Assembly: GCA_964247055.1 (NCBI GenBank)
Contig: OZ176057.1
Coordinates: forward strand, 5,456,001-5,520,000
Direction: 5' to 3'
Source: Paragordius varius
Lineage: Eukaryota > Animalia > Nematomorpha
DNA length: 64,000 bases
Made by a program: the position numbers and the translations under genes. How positions within the stretch are numbered: position 1 is the stretch's first letter; every line of letters begins with the position of its first letter. Under the pieces are notes generated by a model, which saw nothing but the letters and a program-made list of their open reading frames with translations, ran no database searches and was not told the origin of the DNA. Below are positions 22,335 through 34,200 of the stretch, piece after piece.

Positions 22335-25044
22335 GTTTGTGTATATAATGATTTAAAAAAATCTCCTATCAAGGCTAATTTTAACAAAAATTAAAAAAAT
22401 ATTTTTTTTTAAAAAAAACGGTTAATCTAAACTTTGGAATCAAGTTAAAATTATGTATTTATTCAAGAACCATTTTATAATTTCAAATCAAAATATTCTT
22501 AACCCTTATATTTCCAAAATTTAATTTATGGTTCAATTGAACAAAATGTTTGCTGGCTACATATTTTACCTTGATTTTGAGATAACCTTTCTTTGAAACT
22601 TTCATCGTGAGTGTTTGAATTCTCAAAAGTATTTCTCCATACTAAAGTTTGGCCTTTATCCGTACAAGTTGCTACATATCTAAAATAAACATACAGTAAA
22701 AATAAAGACAAAAAACGTACGAAAAACCCTTCATTATAAGCTGTCTGTCGCTTTGAGTTACAAATTAATAAGAGAGATGTAAATTGTTAATAATATATTA
22801 TTTCTATTTCACAATCTTAATCGTAGACCAACAAAGTCCTATTGCTATAACGTATTCGCAATCTTGGCTGGGCCATAAAAGTGCGTCGACGACAAAAGAC
22901 AGTTTTCTAATGATTTTGGACATGTGTGTTACGTTAAAAATTGCCTCAAATAACCATAAAATATAAATATTATGAATATAAACTTTGTAATATGAAAACT
23001 CAGAACAAAAGCCTTACCCTTGATAACAATCTTAATCATGATGGTTATATGAAATTAATCAAATGATCAAAATATAGCTCTCTAAATAAATAAATATGTC
23101 TTTTAGTAATATTGCTTTATAATTTAATGGTTACTTAAATGATAAAAATATCAGAAATTTGTAAAAATAAACAAGCTTAAAAGTGTTTTTTCTAGAATTT
23201 TGGACTTTTACAAAAACCAAAAAAAGTAATTTCCAAAATTAAACAAAATAACTTTGCATCAGGTGAAAATGTACAATTCAATACGTATTGGTTCATTTGT
23301 TCCGTCTTGCTTTGGAAACAATGTTGATTCGTATTAAAATTATCAAAGCTTTGTAGTAATAAATTACCATTATCATCATTACAATGTAAAACTTCGTCGT
23401 CCGAAGTTGGCCCATCACTGTTTACAATATCCTTCTTATTTTGACTTATTTGGGCAAAATTTTCACCGCTCTTTTTATCTAATAAAGCGATTAAACTTTT
23501 TGTTAATATTGTCAACGAGAACAAATATTTTATGTTAAAATAATAGAGTGAATTCTTGTAAAAGATATTATTAAATTAAACTATATCCAAAATATTCGAA
23601 TGGATTAAGTAAAACAAAAAGAAAATAATTATAATAAGATACACATTGAAAAAGATACCATGTATCAAAAATTTTGGATATAGCTTAATTTAATATCTTT
23701 TACGAGAATTCTCAAATTATTATTTTATTAAACTTTTTGAGTTTGAGTTTGATTCGGATTCAGAGAAACCAACAGTTATTTGATGTTGGGGCGAGCCAAT
23801 ACATTTTAGCGGAGTGCGAAATTCATACATACGGAGTTGAAGTGATTTATGAAGTGCCATATATAACACATTGGGAAGACACGTCCTAAGTCCACCATTG
23901 TAGGACAAGGTTGAGGAATGTGGTGATTTTTTCAACGATCTTATATGATGGCGATTAGTATCTTGGCTAACATTGAAATTTAGGTTAAATATGTTGTTTG
24001 CCATGATATTATTAGTGTTGTTGTAATTAACAGAGTTTGGACGACCAGTTTGGTTATCATTTTCTAAGGGAAATTTTAATAAATTAAAATTATTTATATA
24101 TATATACACCTCTCTATCTGACAAAACAAATAAAAAGTAACATATTAATATATTTTGGTGTAAAGAAAATTAAAAATTCAAGGATTTTTTTTCTATAAAA
24201 TACAATTACAAAATAAAACTATGTTTTCCCAATTTACAAGTCTATTCTAATTTCAAAACCTAATATAAAATTTTAGATTTTTAAGGGAATCAACGTTACA
24301 AAAATATTTATATTATAAATAATGATAGTTTTAGTGCTTTGCCTTTATTGAATATTTCAATTTTTACTCTTCTGATGGTAACAAATAGATAAAATTAAAT
24401 AATAAATTTAACATATAATTTTATAATCTTTTTTCCATTATATTTTAGTAAAGATCAATGCAATTTTTTAAAAAAATAAAAGATGGTCAAAAATAAATTT
24501 AACATACGGAAAAAATATACGAATAAAACGTAAAAATATAAAAAATATTTTTTAAAGACAGCCATTTTAAAACCTTAATTTTTCTCACATATAAGTTAGG
24601 GTTGGAATTATTTAGGCTTATGATGGGATTTACATTGTTTTTGATGTTTGTTATATCATAGACTCGTATATATTTGTAACCTATATAGAAATTATTTGAT
24701 GTGGAAAATATGATTTTAAATTTTATTATAATCAAACAAATAAAATATAATTGTATAGTTTAATTTATTTAAAAGTTACAAAAAGCCACTTAAATAGATG
24801 TTTTAACAAATTTAAAGCAATTACCTAAAGCAGCCAGATATTTTTCGTCTGCCGAAAAAGAAATATTGTTAACTTGCTAAATAATTTAGATTATTAATTA
24901 TAAATATATATTTAAAGAAAAATATAAATTTTTTGATATTACTGATTCCGGATGCTGTAAGGTGCAAAATGATGGATTGGAATCCCCGATTTTTAATAAT
25001 CTCATTGAATAATCATAGCCAGTCGTAGCAAAAAATTTTACCAT
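21886..25044 (-). pseudogene. LST8: LST8 homolog, copy 2; +2 frameshift in exon 4 and last two exons missing
   Basis: Exons 25044-24943, 24876-24825, 24680-24589, 24117-23774 (344 nt), 23554-23253, 22679-22570. Homology stops inside intron 6 at about 21886. Confidence 0.85.
22296..22331. repeat. (TA)n microsatellite (others at about 11696, 14205, 17595, 46122, 49560)
   Basis: Directly visible. Confidence 0.9.
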
Positions 25045-25259
25045 TTCAGTATGAGTATAAATATTGCGAATTTTTTCCACATATTTCATATGAGATACGA
25101 TAACCGCTGAGAATACTGCTGAGCAAGATATAACAAAACAAAAGCTTAATTTCCAAATTTTCATGGGTTTTTTTAAAACGAAAAACAGGTAAAATTTTTA
25201 TTCAGCTTCTTATAATGTTTTATAAAAATCAAAGTTTCAAAGGTAATAGGGTTAAGTGT

Positions 25260-25560
25260 TACTTTTTAGTTTTAATTGAGGTTGTTCCAAAGGATTCATT
25301 AAATTAAAAAAATCCAAAAATTTTCATAATTGTGATTGCGTCCACTTACACAAATAACCAATCTACAATATAGTTTATATTTGTATTAAATCAAGAACAA
25401 AATTTTATTTTATTTGGTATTTCTTAATAAATCAAAGTTTCAATTTAATAATTGGTAAATGAGGTTCGTACAAAGGAATTATTAAATAAAAGGAAAAATT
25501 TTCATAATTGTGATTGCGTCGACTTACAAAAATACAATCTACAAGATGTTTTATATTTTT
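25260..25560 (+). repeat. Direct duplication of about 185 bp
   Basis: gaggtt...aaagga(a)tt...aaattttcataattgtgattgcgtc(c/g)acttaca...aatctacaa occurs twice. Confidence 0.8.
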
Positions 25561-25729
25561 TGGAGTATAAAGTTTAAAAATGATATAAATTTAAATTTTA
25601 TGTTGTATATATGTTAGTAACACTATAGAAAGGCAATATTTTTACATTTCGTTTAAGATTTACTATATTATAATATTTCTTATTTCTAAAGAGTCAGACC
25701 GCAGTTTTTTTATTTTTTACGGTCAACAC

Positions 25730-26526
25730 CTAACCCAACCTTATATATCTACATATGTAAAGCATACCAGTAATGAGATTGAAAGCATCATGAGATAGTA
25801 ATGTTCTCATATAATTATCAGATTTTTGAGCAGCTACGTTGTTTGCAACACTTGAATTATTTATTAAATGGTTATTTCTTTGTTTCGATAAATTCTCCAT
25901 GCCGTTATCTCCGATATTCGACGGTGTGTTTTCAGTTTTTATACATTTGCAGGCTAATCGAAGCCCTAAAAGAACTGCAGGATCAAATTGTGTGAAACAA
26001 AGCCATTGTCTTAATCTTAATCGCGTGGAAAAAATGTCAGTTAACATTGAATGTCGTACATTATGTTTTAAATAAGTCAGATTTTTGTTGGGTGGAAAAA
26101 CTTTGCGAGGGTCAACGCTGTAAAATTCTTTTAAAACGTCATTCCTTAAATGACTAGGTATTGATATTTGTTGTGTTGTTTTAGCTAAGAAAGGTGTATC
26201 ATCACCAATTATGTACATAGCTTTTATGAAAAACTTTCCGTGTTTCTTAGTATTTAGTTGTGTAGATTCTTTACCAATATCTTCCTGCATCAATTCACAT
26301 GCAATAGAGGGGATACTTTGCGTTGATCTCAAGGGATAATTGAATGTATTTGTTGTTTGAACCAGTTTACGGGTTGATTAAAAGTTTCATTGTACATATT
26401 ATAAGATATTGGCCGTTCATCTGACAAAAAATCTTCAGTCGGGGTACTATAATGTGTGTAATGATCAAAAAATTCAAATTTTTCTGGTTGTTCGTCAATA
26501 TAACTTTCTTGGTTACATTGTGCCAT
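25730..26526 (-). pseudogene. Intronless orphan ORF of about 265 aa, split by a 1-nt frameshift
   Basis: ATG at 26526; the 70-aa and 200-aa ORFs overlap at 26329-26332. One extra C in the CCC run (26333-26335) joins them as IIPLRSTQ. No family recognised. Confidence 0.6.
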
Positions 26527-27580
26527 GCTGTTCACTTCCAAATCAAGGCAAAATACTAAATAAACTTTAGAAAACTACCTAAATTTTGCCCTTGACATAA
26601 GATATCCATTTTAAAATAATTAAAACCTCGTCTCAAATATTTATCTGACATAAGTGAATATGTGAGTTTCATGTGCAAGCTTTTCACCTGGATAAGTTGA
26701 TAATTTTTTTAAATTATATTCCGATTGCTAAAAATATAAAACAATAATTGCATATAAGTTTTCCATTTAAATATATTTTTATATATTAAAAGGCAAATTC
26801 GGGTTTTTTACCATTTATACGATTTTCAAATGTTTTTGTAATATTGCGTCCAAATTATTATAGTAATTTTTTTTGAAATAGTAGGTTATCTTCAACTTGT
26901 TATAAGCATTTGCAAAGTCACTTAAATTTAAATATATTGAGCAAAATCTTATAGTTTAGTGTATATATATTACATTAAAATTTGCTTCCAAATTTTATAT
27001 CATAGTAAAAGCACATAAATTAAAAAATGCAAGTTGTTATTATATTTTATAAAGATTGAAAATATAATTTTGTTAGTAAAATTATTGTTTGATACAAAGA
27101 TTTTATTTTCCGTAATCTATACAATAATTAGTATAAAATTTTGATATGGCAACTTTATTTCAATTTAGTAATATGCATGAAAATATTTTAACTGATATAT
27201 TAATTGATTTAAATATCTGCTATTAGGCTTAAACTTGACCAAATATTTATGGGAAAAATTCGCGAGGACCGTAGCCAAATAATTACAGCAAATCAAAAAT
27301 AGCAATGTTATCAACTGCCAAATATTTAACATTAGGGTGCAATTTTTAAAAGAGCTTAAACTTTATTAAACAATATTATATCCAATTCTCTTTAACTTAT
27401 TTAATAAACTTGCAAAATTGCATCACCATATCCTTAAAGACTAATATTTTGTCTCGCAACTCTCTTATGTCTCTGCTATATTTTTTAAAAATACAAAAAT
27501 ATACTTTTTATATTGGTCTGAAAGCTTATATAAATTTTTATAAACATTTTTTAAATTCTATTGCTTGAATATATTTGAAT

Positions 27581-27694
27581 GAAATGCGTGGGTCTCGGCC
27601 TGCTTCGCAGCCCGAGGAAGTCCTGCGGACTTCTTTAAGAAAATGAACCAACTCCAATCCCTCACCCTAACCCTAGCCCAAACTCGAAATCCTT
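27581..27694 (+). mobile_element. 115-bp element, consensus copy; class unknown (non-autonomous Helitron/Helentron-like or SINE-like)
   Basis: gaaatgcgtgggt, hairpin CTCGG-c-CTGC-ttc-GCAG-c-CCGAG, hairpin GAAGTCC-tgc-GGACTTC, A-rich linker, then CCCTCACCCTAACCCTAGCCC. More than 12 copies or fragments in the window. Confidence 0.8.
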
Positions 27695-28563
27695 AATGTA
27701 CTTTACCCGCGTTTGAAAAATAAAAATTTTGTTTAATCAAAAACCTTTTATCTATACAAAGGATATATTGGGTAAATTCTTTACACATAATAAATTGATA
27801 GTTATAATAAATTAATTTACCAATTAATAAATTTAAGTTATACGTTAAAATATATCCATTCCTAAATTATATTTTATTAAAATTACTCATATTGTTGTCA
27901 AAATAAATATACCTTGAAAATTTAGCATTTTGTTACATATGAAAACTGGAAATTAACATTGAACATAACTCATTATAATTTTACACCTTGAATTTTAACT
28001 TAGAGTATTTAGCTTTTTGACATATATAATTTATATATCTCCCTATACATAAATAATTTAGTAATATTTATAAACGAATTTCTACTTTTAAACCATAAGT
28101 GGTCTGGTTTGGAACAAACATCCTCATTTCAAAAAATAAATTTTACCAATAAATCAAAATAAAAAATTACCCTTATATGTAATATAAACATTTTTAAATT
28201 TAAGAACTAATCAAAAAAAGCAGATATTAATATTGAAATAGCAGGTTAAGTATTAAGCAAAATTCGGTCCTAAAAAATATATAATAATTTATTTCTTACA
28301 GCTAGAAAACTGTTTTATCCATAGCTCTTTTTTACTTAAACTAACTCAGATCTGGTAATAATAAATTAAGACTTTTTCCTAACTACTATTATCAAACACA
28401 TTTTGCTTAAGTTAAGTTCAAAATTCTTCGTGAGATAAGTCTTATTTAACATAAATATACTATTAAATATATATATAGTTTGGTTATGAACTACTAGCAT
28501 TTTTTTATAAATATATATAGGAAACTTATATTTTAATTATTACAAAACCAATAATTTTAAAAC

Positions 28564-28680
28564 GAAATGCGTGGGTCTCGGTCTGCTTCGCAGCCCGAGG
28601 AAGTCCTGCGGACTTCTTTAAGAAAATGAACCAACTCCAATCCATCACCCTAACCCTAGCCCACAAACTCGAAATCCTTA
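28564..28680 (+). mobile_element. 115-bp element, canonical
   Basis: Same structure; starts the second about 1-kb tandem unit. Confidence 0.8.
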
Positions 28681-29609
28681 AAGTAGTTTAACCGCGTTCG
28701 AAAAATTAAAATTTTCTTTAATCAAAAATTATTTTTGTTTAAAGGATATATTAGGTAAATTTTATACATATAGTAAATTGATAGTTAAAATAAAAATTAA
28801 AATCAGTTACCGAAAAATAATTATAAATTTGACATTAAAACATATCCTTACCTAATTTATATTTAATTTCAAAAATTAACCTTATTGTTTTCAGTAAAAA
28901 CTATGCCATAAAAATTTAGCATTTCACATAAATGCTTTTTAAACTGCAAATTAACATTGAAAATAATTTATTATAAGTTTTAACCTTGATTAGATATTAT
29001 AACTTATAGTATTGCGATAGTTTGTTATTCAGAATTCATATTTCTCCCTCAAAACAATTTTAATTTACAAATATTTTGAAAATAATATATGCTGCATATT
29101 TATAATATAATGTACATAGTTATTAGTAATATTTATAAATGAATTTCAACTTTTAAACCATAAGTGGTCTGGTTTGGAACAAATCCTTATTTCAAAAAAT
29201 AAATTTTTTAATTAAGTATCAAAATAAATTAAATATTTTTAAATACGAGAATGAATCAAATAAAAAAGATAAAATTAATATTGAATTAGCAGGAAATATT
29301 AAGCAATCGGTACTAAAAAATATATAATATAATATTTCTTAGAACTAGATAAATGTTTTATATATCCCTCTTTTTTACTGAAACTAACTCAGATCTATAA
29401 CTTTTAGTCAAATAATTAACTCAAAATTATTCGTCCTCCCGAACACATTTTGCTTGGGTTAAGATTAAAATTCTTCTTAAGACAAGTCTTATTTAACATA
29501 AATGTACCATTAAATATGTATAGTTTAGTTATAAATTACCAACATTTTTTTCATAAATATAGATAAGGTACCTTCAAATTATAATTACAAAACCAATATA
29601 TTTTAACAG

Positions 29610-29697
29610 GAAATGCATGGGTCTCGGTCTGCTTCGCGAAAATGAACCAACTCCAATCCCTCACCCTAACCCTGGCCCACAAACTTGAAAACCCTTA
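29610..29697 (+). mobile_element. 115-bp element lacking hairpin 2
   Basis: gaaatgcatgggtctcggtctgcttcgc joined directly to gaaaatgaaccaactcc. Confidence 0.75.
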
Positions 29698-30469
29698 TAT
29701 AATTCTATCTGTGTATATTTAAATAATTGACAACCATATAACCAAAATTTTAGTTCGGTTTTACAATTTTAGAGTATAATGATGAATGCTTATTGTTGAA
29801 AAAGTCTTCCAGATAAAAATATTAATTACCTTGTTTCAAAAACGATAGGAACTAATATTAATTCATGCTTGTTAATCATAAAACCATTCAATATTATCGC
29901 ATTTTGCCCAACTCCTTTATTAAAATAGATGGAATTAGTTTAAATTTAGTTTAGGTTTCATTAATTAATAATTGATAAATTTTCATAAATAACTGATTAT
30001 TAAGTTACTTATTTCCATATAGTATAAAAACATTTTTAACTCTTAAAGTATATGTCATAATATTTGATTAATTTTAATGATTTATTCATTAAAATAAAAG
30101 TCAACGTTTGGAATTAATCTTTTTAACAAGTAGTTAATGATTACTGGAATATACAAGAATCGATATTATATTAAATAAAAGTTAAATTAAATCTTAATAT
30201 TTATAACTTATTTTGAGGAAAATTTAAACCTAGATCGCTTGAAATCTTAATAGACCGAAATTGAAATAAACTAATTTCCTTATATATATTAAACCAAATG
30301 TTTAATAATCTAGAATTAGTTCTAGAGGTAATAATTTTTTTAAATAATTAATAATTTGTTTGTTTTAGATATGCTAATAATCAGCCCATATTTGAAACAT
30401 ATTGCCAATTAAATTTAAAGTTTTAAAAATAAAATTGCAGATATAGAAATATAATAATAATTAGCTACA

Positions 30470-30860
30470 ATTTTATTAGAATTAATTATGTTCTAAATTA
30501 TTTTTGAGATGTTTAGAATATCAAACTTATTACGTAATAATTTATTAATTACAATAATTTAAAATATTTTTTAGATTAATAAAATTATTATTTAATACCT
30601 AATATATATAAAATTATTTAAGAATTATTTCAGACAATTTAATTAGAAATAATTTTGTGTAAATTCATTTTGAATCTAAAACTTATTACGTAATAATTTA
30701 ATAAACTACATATATATAGTTGATTTATTAACAATATAGAATTAAATTTATTAATAATATATGTTAAAATTATTTGAGACAATCTAATTAAAATTAATTA
30801 TATTCTAAATTATTTTTGATATATTTTTAATCTATAACTTATCATGTAATAAACATAATA
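30470..30860 (+). repeat. Extremely AT-rich degenerate repeat of about 155 bp, three copies
   Basis: aacttattacgtaataattta-like motif at about 30525, 30680 and 30835. Confidence 0.55.
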
Positions 30861-31099
30861 TAATCTAAAATATTTCCTAAATATATATAATTAAATTTAT
30901 TTAATCCCTAATAAATATATATATATATATTTTTAAATTATTTAAATTATTTTAAACTTAAATTTCTTTTTTCACAAATTTATTAATTTATTTACTTGTT
31001 ACTTTATTTTGTTTATTCCAATATTCCCTTAATCCTAAATACTAAGACATATGTATACTGAATGATACACATAAAAATATTTAACATTGTAATATTGCA

Positions 31100-31295
31100 C
31101 ATAAAAGGGGGGGATAAAATAAAATGTATGTGAAACAATGTTGCACAACACATAATAAACAAAAACAAGAGAAGGGAAATAAAGTGTACGTGCGCGATTT
31201 TTCTAGAAGGGGGGAGAAAAGGCATGCAAATGCGAACACATTGTTTAAGATGCACGTGTTCTTTCTTCCCCCCCCCCCTACACATATATAAAGAC
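31100..31295 (+). promoter_or_regulatory. Pol II promoter-like region of unit A
   Basis: AGAAGGGGGGAGAAAAGGC followed by the octamer ATGCAAAT (31224-31231), a C-run and TATATAAA (31285-31292). Confidence 0.6.
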
Positions 31296-34200
31296 AAAAA
31301 ATATTTTTAATTTTATTTTTTTAAATTCTTTTTTGCAAATTTACATTTGTTGGATAGAATGTATTCCAGTGCTTTTCCTCTTATGCAATTCAATGTATTG
31401 CCAACATGGATGGATTATTTTATCATTAAAGTAAAATTTAATTCTATTTAATTTTAGATTACACTCAATATGCAAATCAAACAGGAAATGGTGAAACCGA
31501 TTATATTTTAAATGATTTCCGGTAAATAAATTTGTTATTAATTATAGATTAAGATTAATTCAAAGTTTAAAGAACAATGTACAGTGAAAACATGTTGAGA
31601 CTGATTGTGTAACCGAAATGGGAAATTGAACTATTGCCATTTAGCCTAATTAATTCTGGTAAGTTTCGCATGTTTTGTCTATTTCATTTAAAATACTTTG
31701 TTAGATGGCATTAAAATATGTTCAGAGTAGAAGAACACTATTATTGATTGCCTTAAAAAGTTAAGAGATGTTTTTATATTTTCTTGCTTTTGCCCAAAAA
31801 ATTGGTTATATCTTGGAAATTTTTAACAATGTCTCTAGATTTTATTAATTTACTCTACTTGTAAGAATAAATGGCTAATAATTGTTACATATTTCTACGA
31901 ATTTTTTTAAATTTATTTTTTCGATAAAGGAAGTTAACCTAAAAAGGTTAACACATGTTACCATTTTTATTGAGGAGTTTTCTCGATTAATTATAATTTT
32001 TTTAATTTACTCTACTTGTACAAATAGATGGCTTATAATTTAACATAATTTTATTTTTCTTTTGGAAACTTAAATAATTTTTTCGATATAGGAAGTTAAC
32101 CTAAAAAGGTGAACACATGTTACCATTTATATTGAGTATTTTTTCTGGAAATTTTTAACAATGTCTAGATTTTTTTAATTTACTCTACTTGTAAGAATTA
32201 ATGGCAATAATTATTACATATTTTTAGCAATTTTTAATCTTGTAAACTTTTAAATTTTATTATTTTTTGTTAAGGGAAGTTTAACTAAAAAGTTTAACAC
32301 ATGTTACCATTTATATTGAGGCGTATATTATAGCAGCACTGCAAGTATCCACCTAAAGAAGAACCAAATAAATGTCTATTTATTACATTATTTATATTGA
32401 ATTGGTGAATAGTTTTTTATTCTTGGAAATTGTTTCTGTTTTGTTTAATTTTGTTTCAGCGTGTTGAATAATAATTTTCTTTACCTAAGAAAATCAATTT
32501 ATACTTGTTAAATATAAAATATTTTAGAAATGAATTTCTTTATTTAAAAAATCACCAGAATTAAAAAATTTTGAAAAAAAATAAATAAAAATTATTTGAA
32601 ATGCTAAATCTTATGAAGTTGTTAAGAATGTTCAAAAGTGTTAAAAAATTTCTAAAAACAATTTTCGAAAACTCTTGTAAACCCAATTTTTTACTCTAAA
32701 ATGGCTCTAAAATTCTTTTAAAAATAAAAGAATGTTAAAAAGTATTAAAACTTCCTAATCTAATATCCCTAATATTTCTTGAAACGAAGTCCTGAACTTA
32801 AAAAAGCGGTAAAATTCCTTAAATTTTTTTAGCGCTAAATTTTTAACTTCTAGAAAAGCAGTAAAATGACTAAAAACCGGTAGGATTATTTAAGAACTTT
32901 TTTCAAAGGCAAAAATTACCTAAAGATTTAAAAAATGGCAAATAATCTTTTAAAAAAACGCTAAAATTCTTCCTAAGGTCAAAAATGCCAAAATTCTTTA
33001 AAAAAGCGTAAATTTTATTTTTAAATTTACAAACTGCGAAAATTTCCTAAAAAACCGATATTTATCGTTAAAAACCGCTAAAATTCTAAAAAGGCTAAAA
33101 CTCTTTATTATTCGCAAAGGACAAAAATTACTTTTAATTCTAAAGCAGTAAAAATCTTTAGACTAATATCTCTAAAAATCATCTGAAGAGGCTAATTTTC
33201 CAAAACCTATTAGACTCCTTTAAAAAATTATGATTTTTTAAATCTAATAAACAAGCGATGAAATTTAAAAACAGCCTAAAACTCTAGAAAACGCCGAATC
33301 TTTAAATTTTAAAATTTTTTAAAAATGGCAATTTCATTTTTAAATTTTATAATTTTTTAAAAACCATTTAAATTCTTTGAAAAGCGATATTTAATTGTTC
33401 ATTTCTCTAAAAAAAGTAGAAAATTGCTTTAAATTCGCTAAAATGGCTGAAATTGTTTAACAACCGCTAAAACATTCTAAAAATCGTTAAAATTTTCTAA
33501 AACTCCTTAAAAACCGCTAAAACACTTTAAAACTCGCTAAAAACTCTTTAAGAAGCGCTAGAATTTTTAAAAATTGCTAAAAAAAATTTTAATTAAAAAA
33601 ACGCGCTGAAATTCGCTAAAAATTGCTAAATTTTTTAAATCCGCTCAAAATCTCTTAAACAACCGCTAAAATTGTTTAAACAAGCATAAATATTCTTTTT
33701 AAATCCAAAAAATCGCTTGAAATTTCCTAAAAACCGCTAAAATTTTCCAAAAACCGCTAAAACTATCTAAAAAGTCTATTTCTTTAAAATTATTCTTAAA
33801 ACCGCTAAAATTTTTAGAAAAATTGATAAAACTCCTTTTAAATCAAAAAAATGTGCTTGTATTTTTTAAAACCGCTGAAATTCTCTAAAAATCGCTAAAA
33901 TTTTTTAAAAAACGTAAAAATGTTCTTTTAAAATCGCTAAAATTATTAAATAATCGGTAAAATTCTTTAAAAAAGCCTAAATATCCTTTTTAAATCAAAA
34001 AATGCGCTGAAATTCTCTAAAAATTGCTAAAATTTCCTTAAAACCGCTAAATCTTTCTAAAAACCGATAAAATGTTTAAACAAGCGTAAATATTCCTTGT
34101 AAATCAAAAATGCACTGAAAATGCTTAACAATCGCTAAAACTTTCTAAAAACGGCCTAAATTTTTTTAAAACTTACAGTTGTTTTTATTAATCATATGTT

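Larger units (their letters stand above)
27581..29609 (+). repeat. Two diverged tandem units of about 1 kb, each starting with the 115-bp element
   Basis: Shared internal blocks, e.g. aaccataagtggtctggtttggaacaaa (about 28091 and 29157) and attacaaaaccaat just before the next element. A related unit lies at 18047-18859. Confidence 0.85.

Noticed and set aside
25045-25164. Signal peptide MKIWKLSFCFVISCSAVFSAV on LST8, and a microsporidian-type CCC-ATG start
   Set aside because: LST8 homology begins at MVKFFATTGYD (25044); the upstream ATG and frame are not kept in copies 1 and 3.
31359-31658. Continuous spliced ORF through unit A exons
   Set aside because: The frame from ATG 31359 hits TAA in exon 2, and the other frames stop in exon 1 or exon 3.
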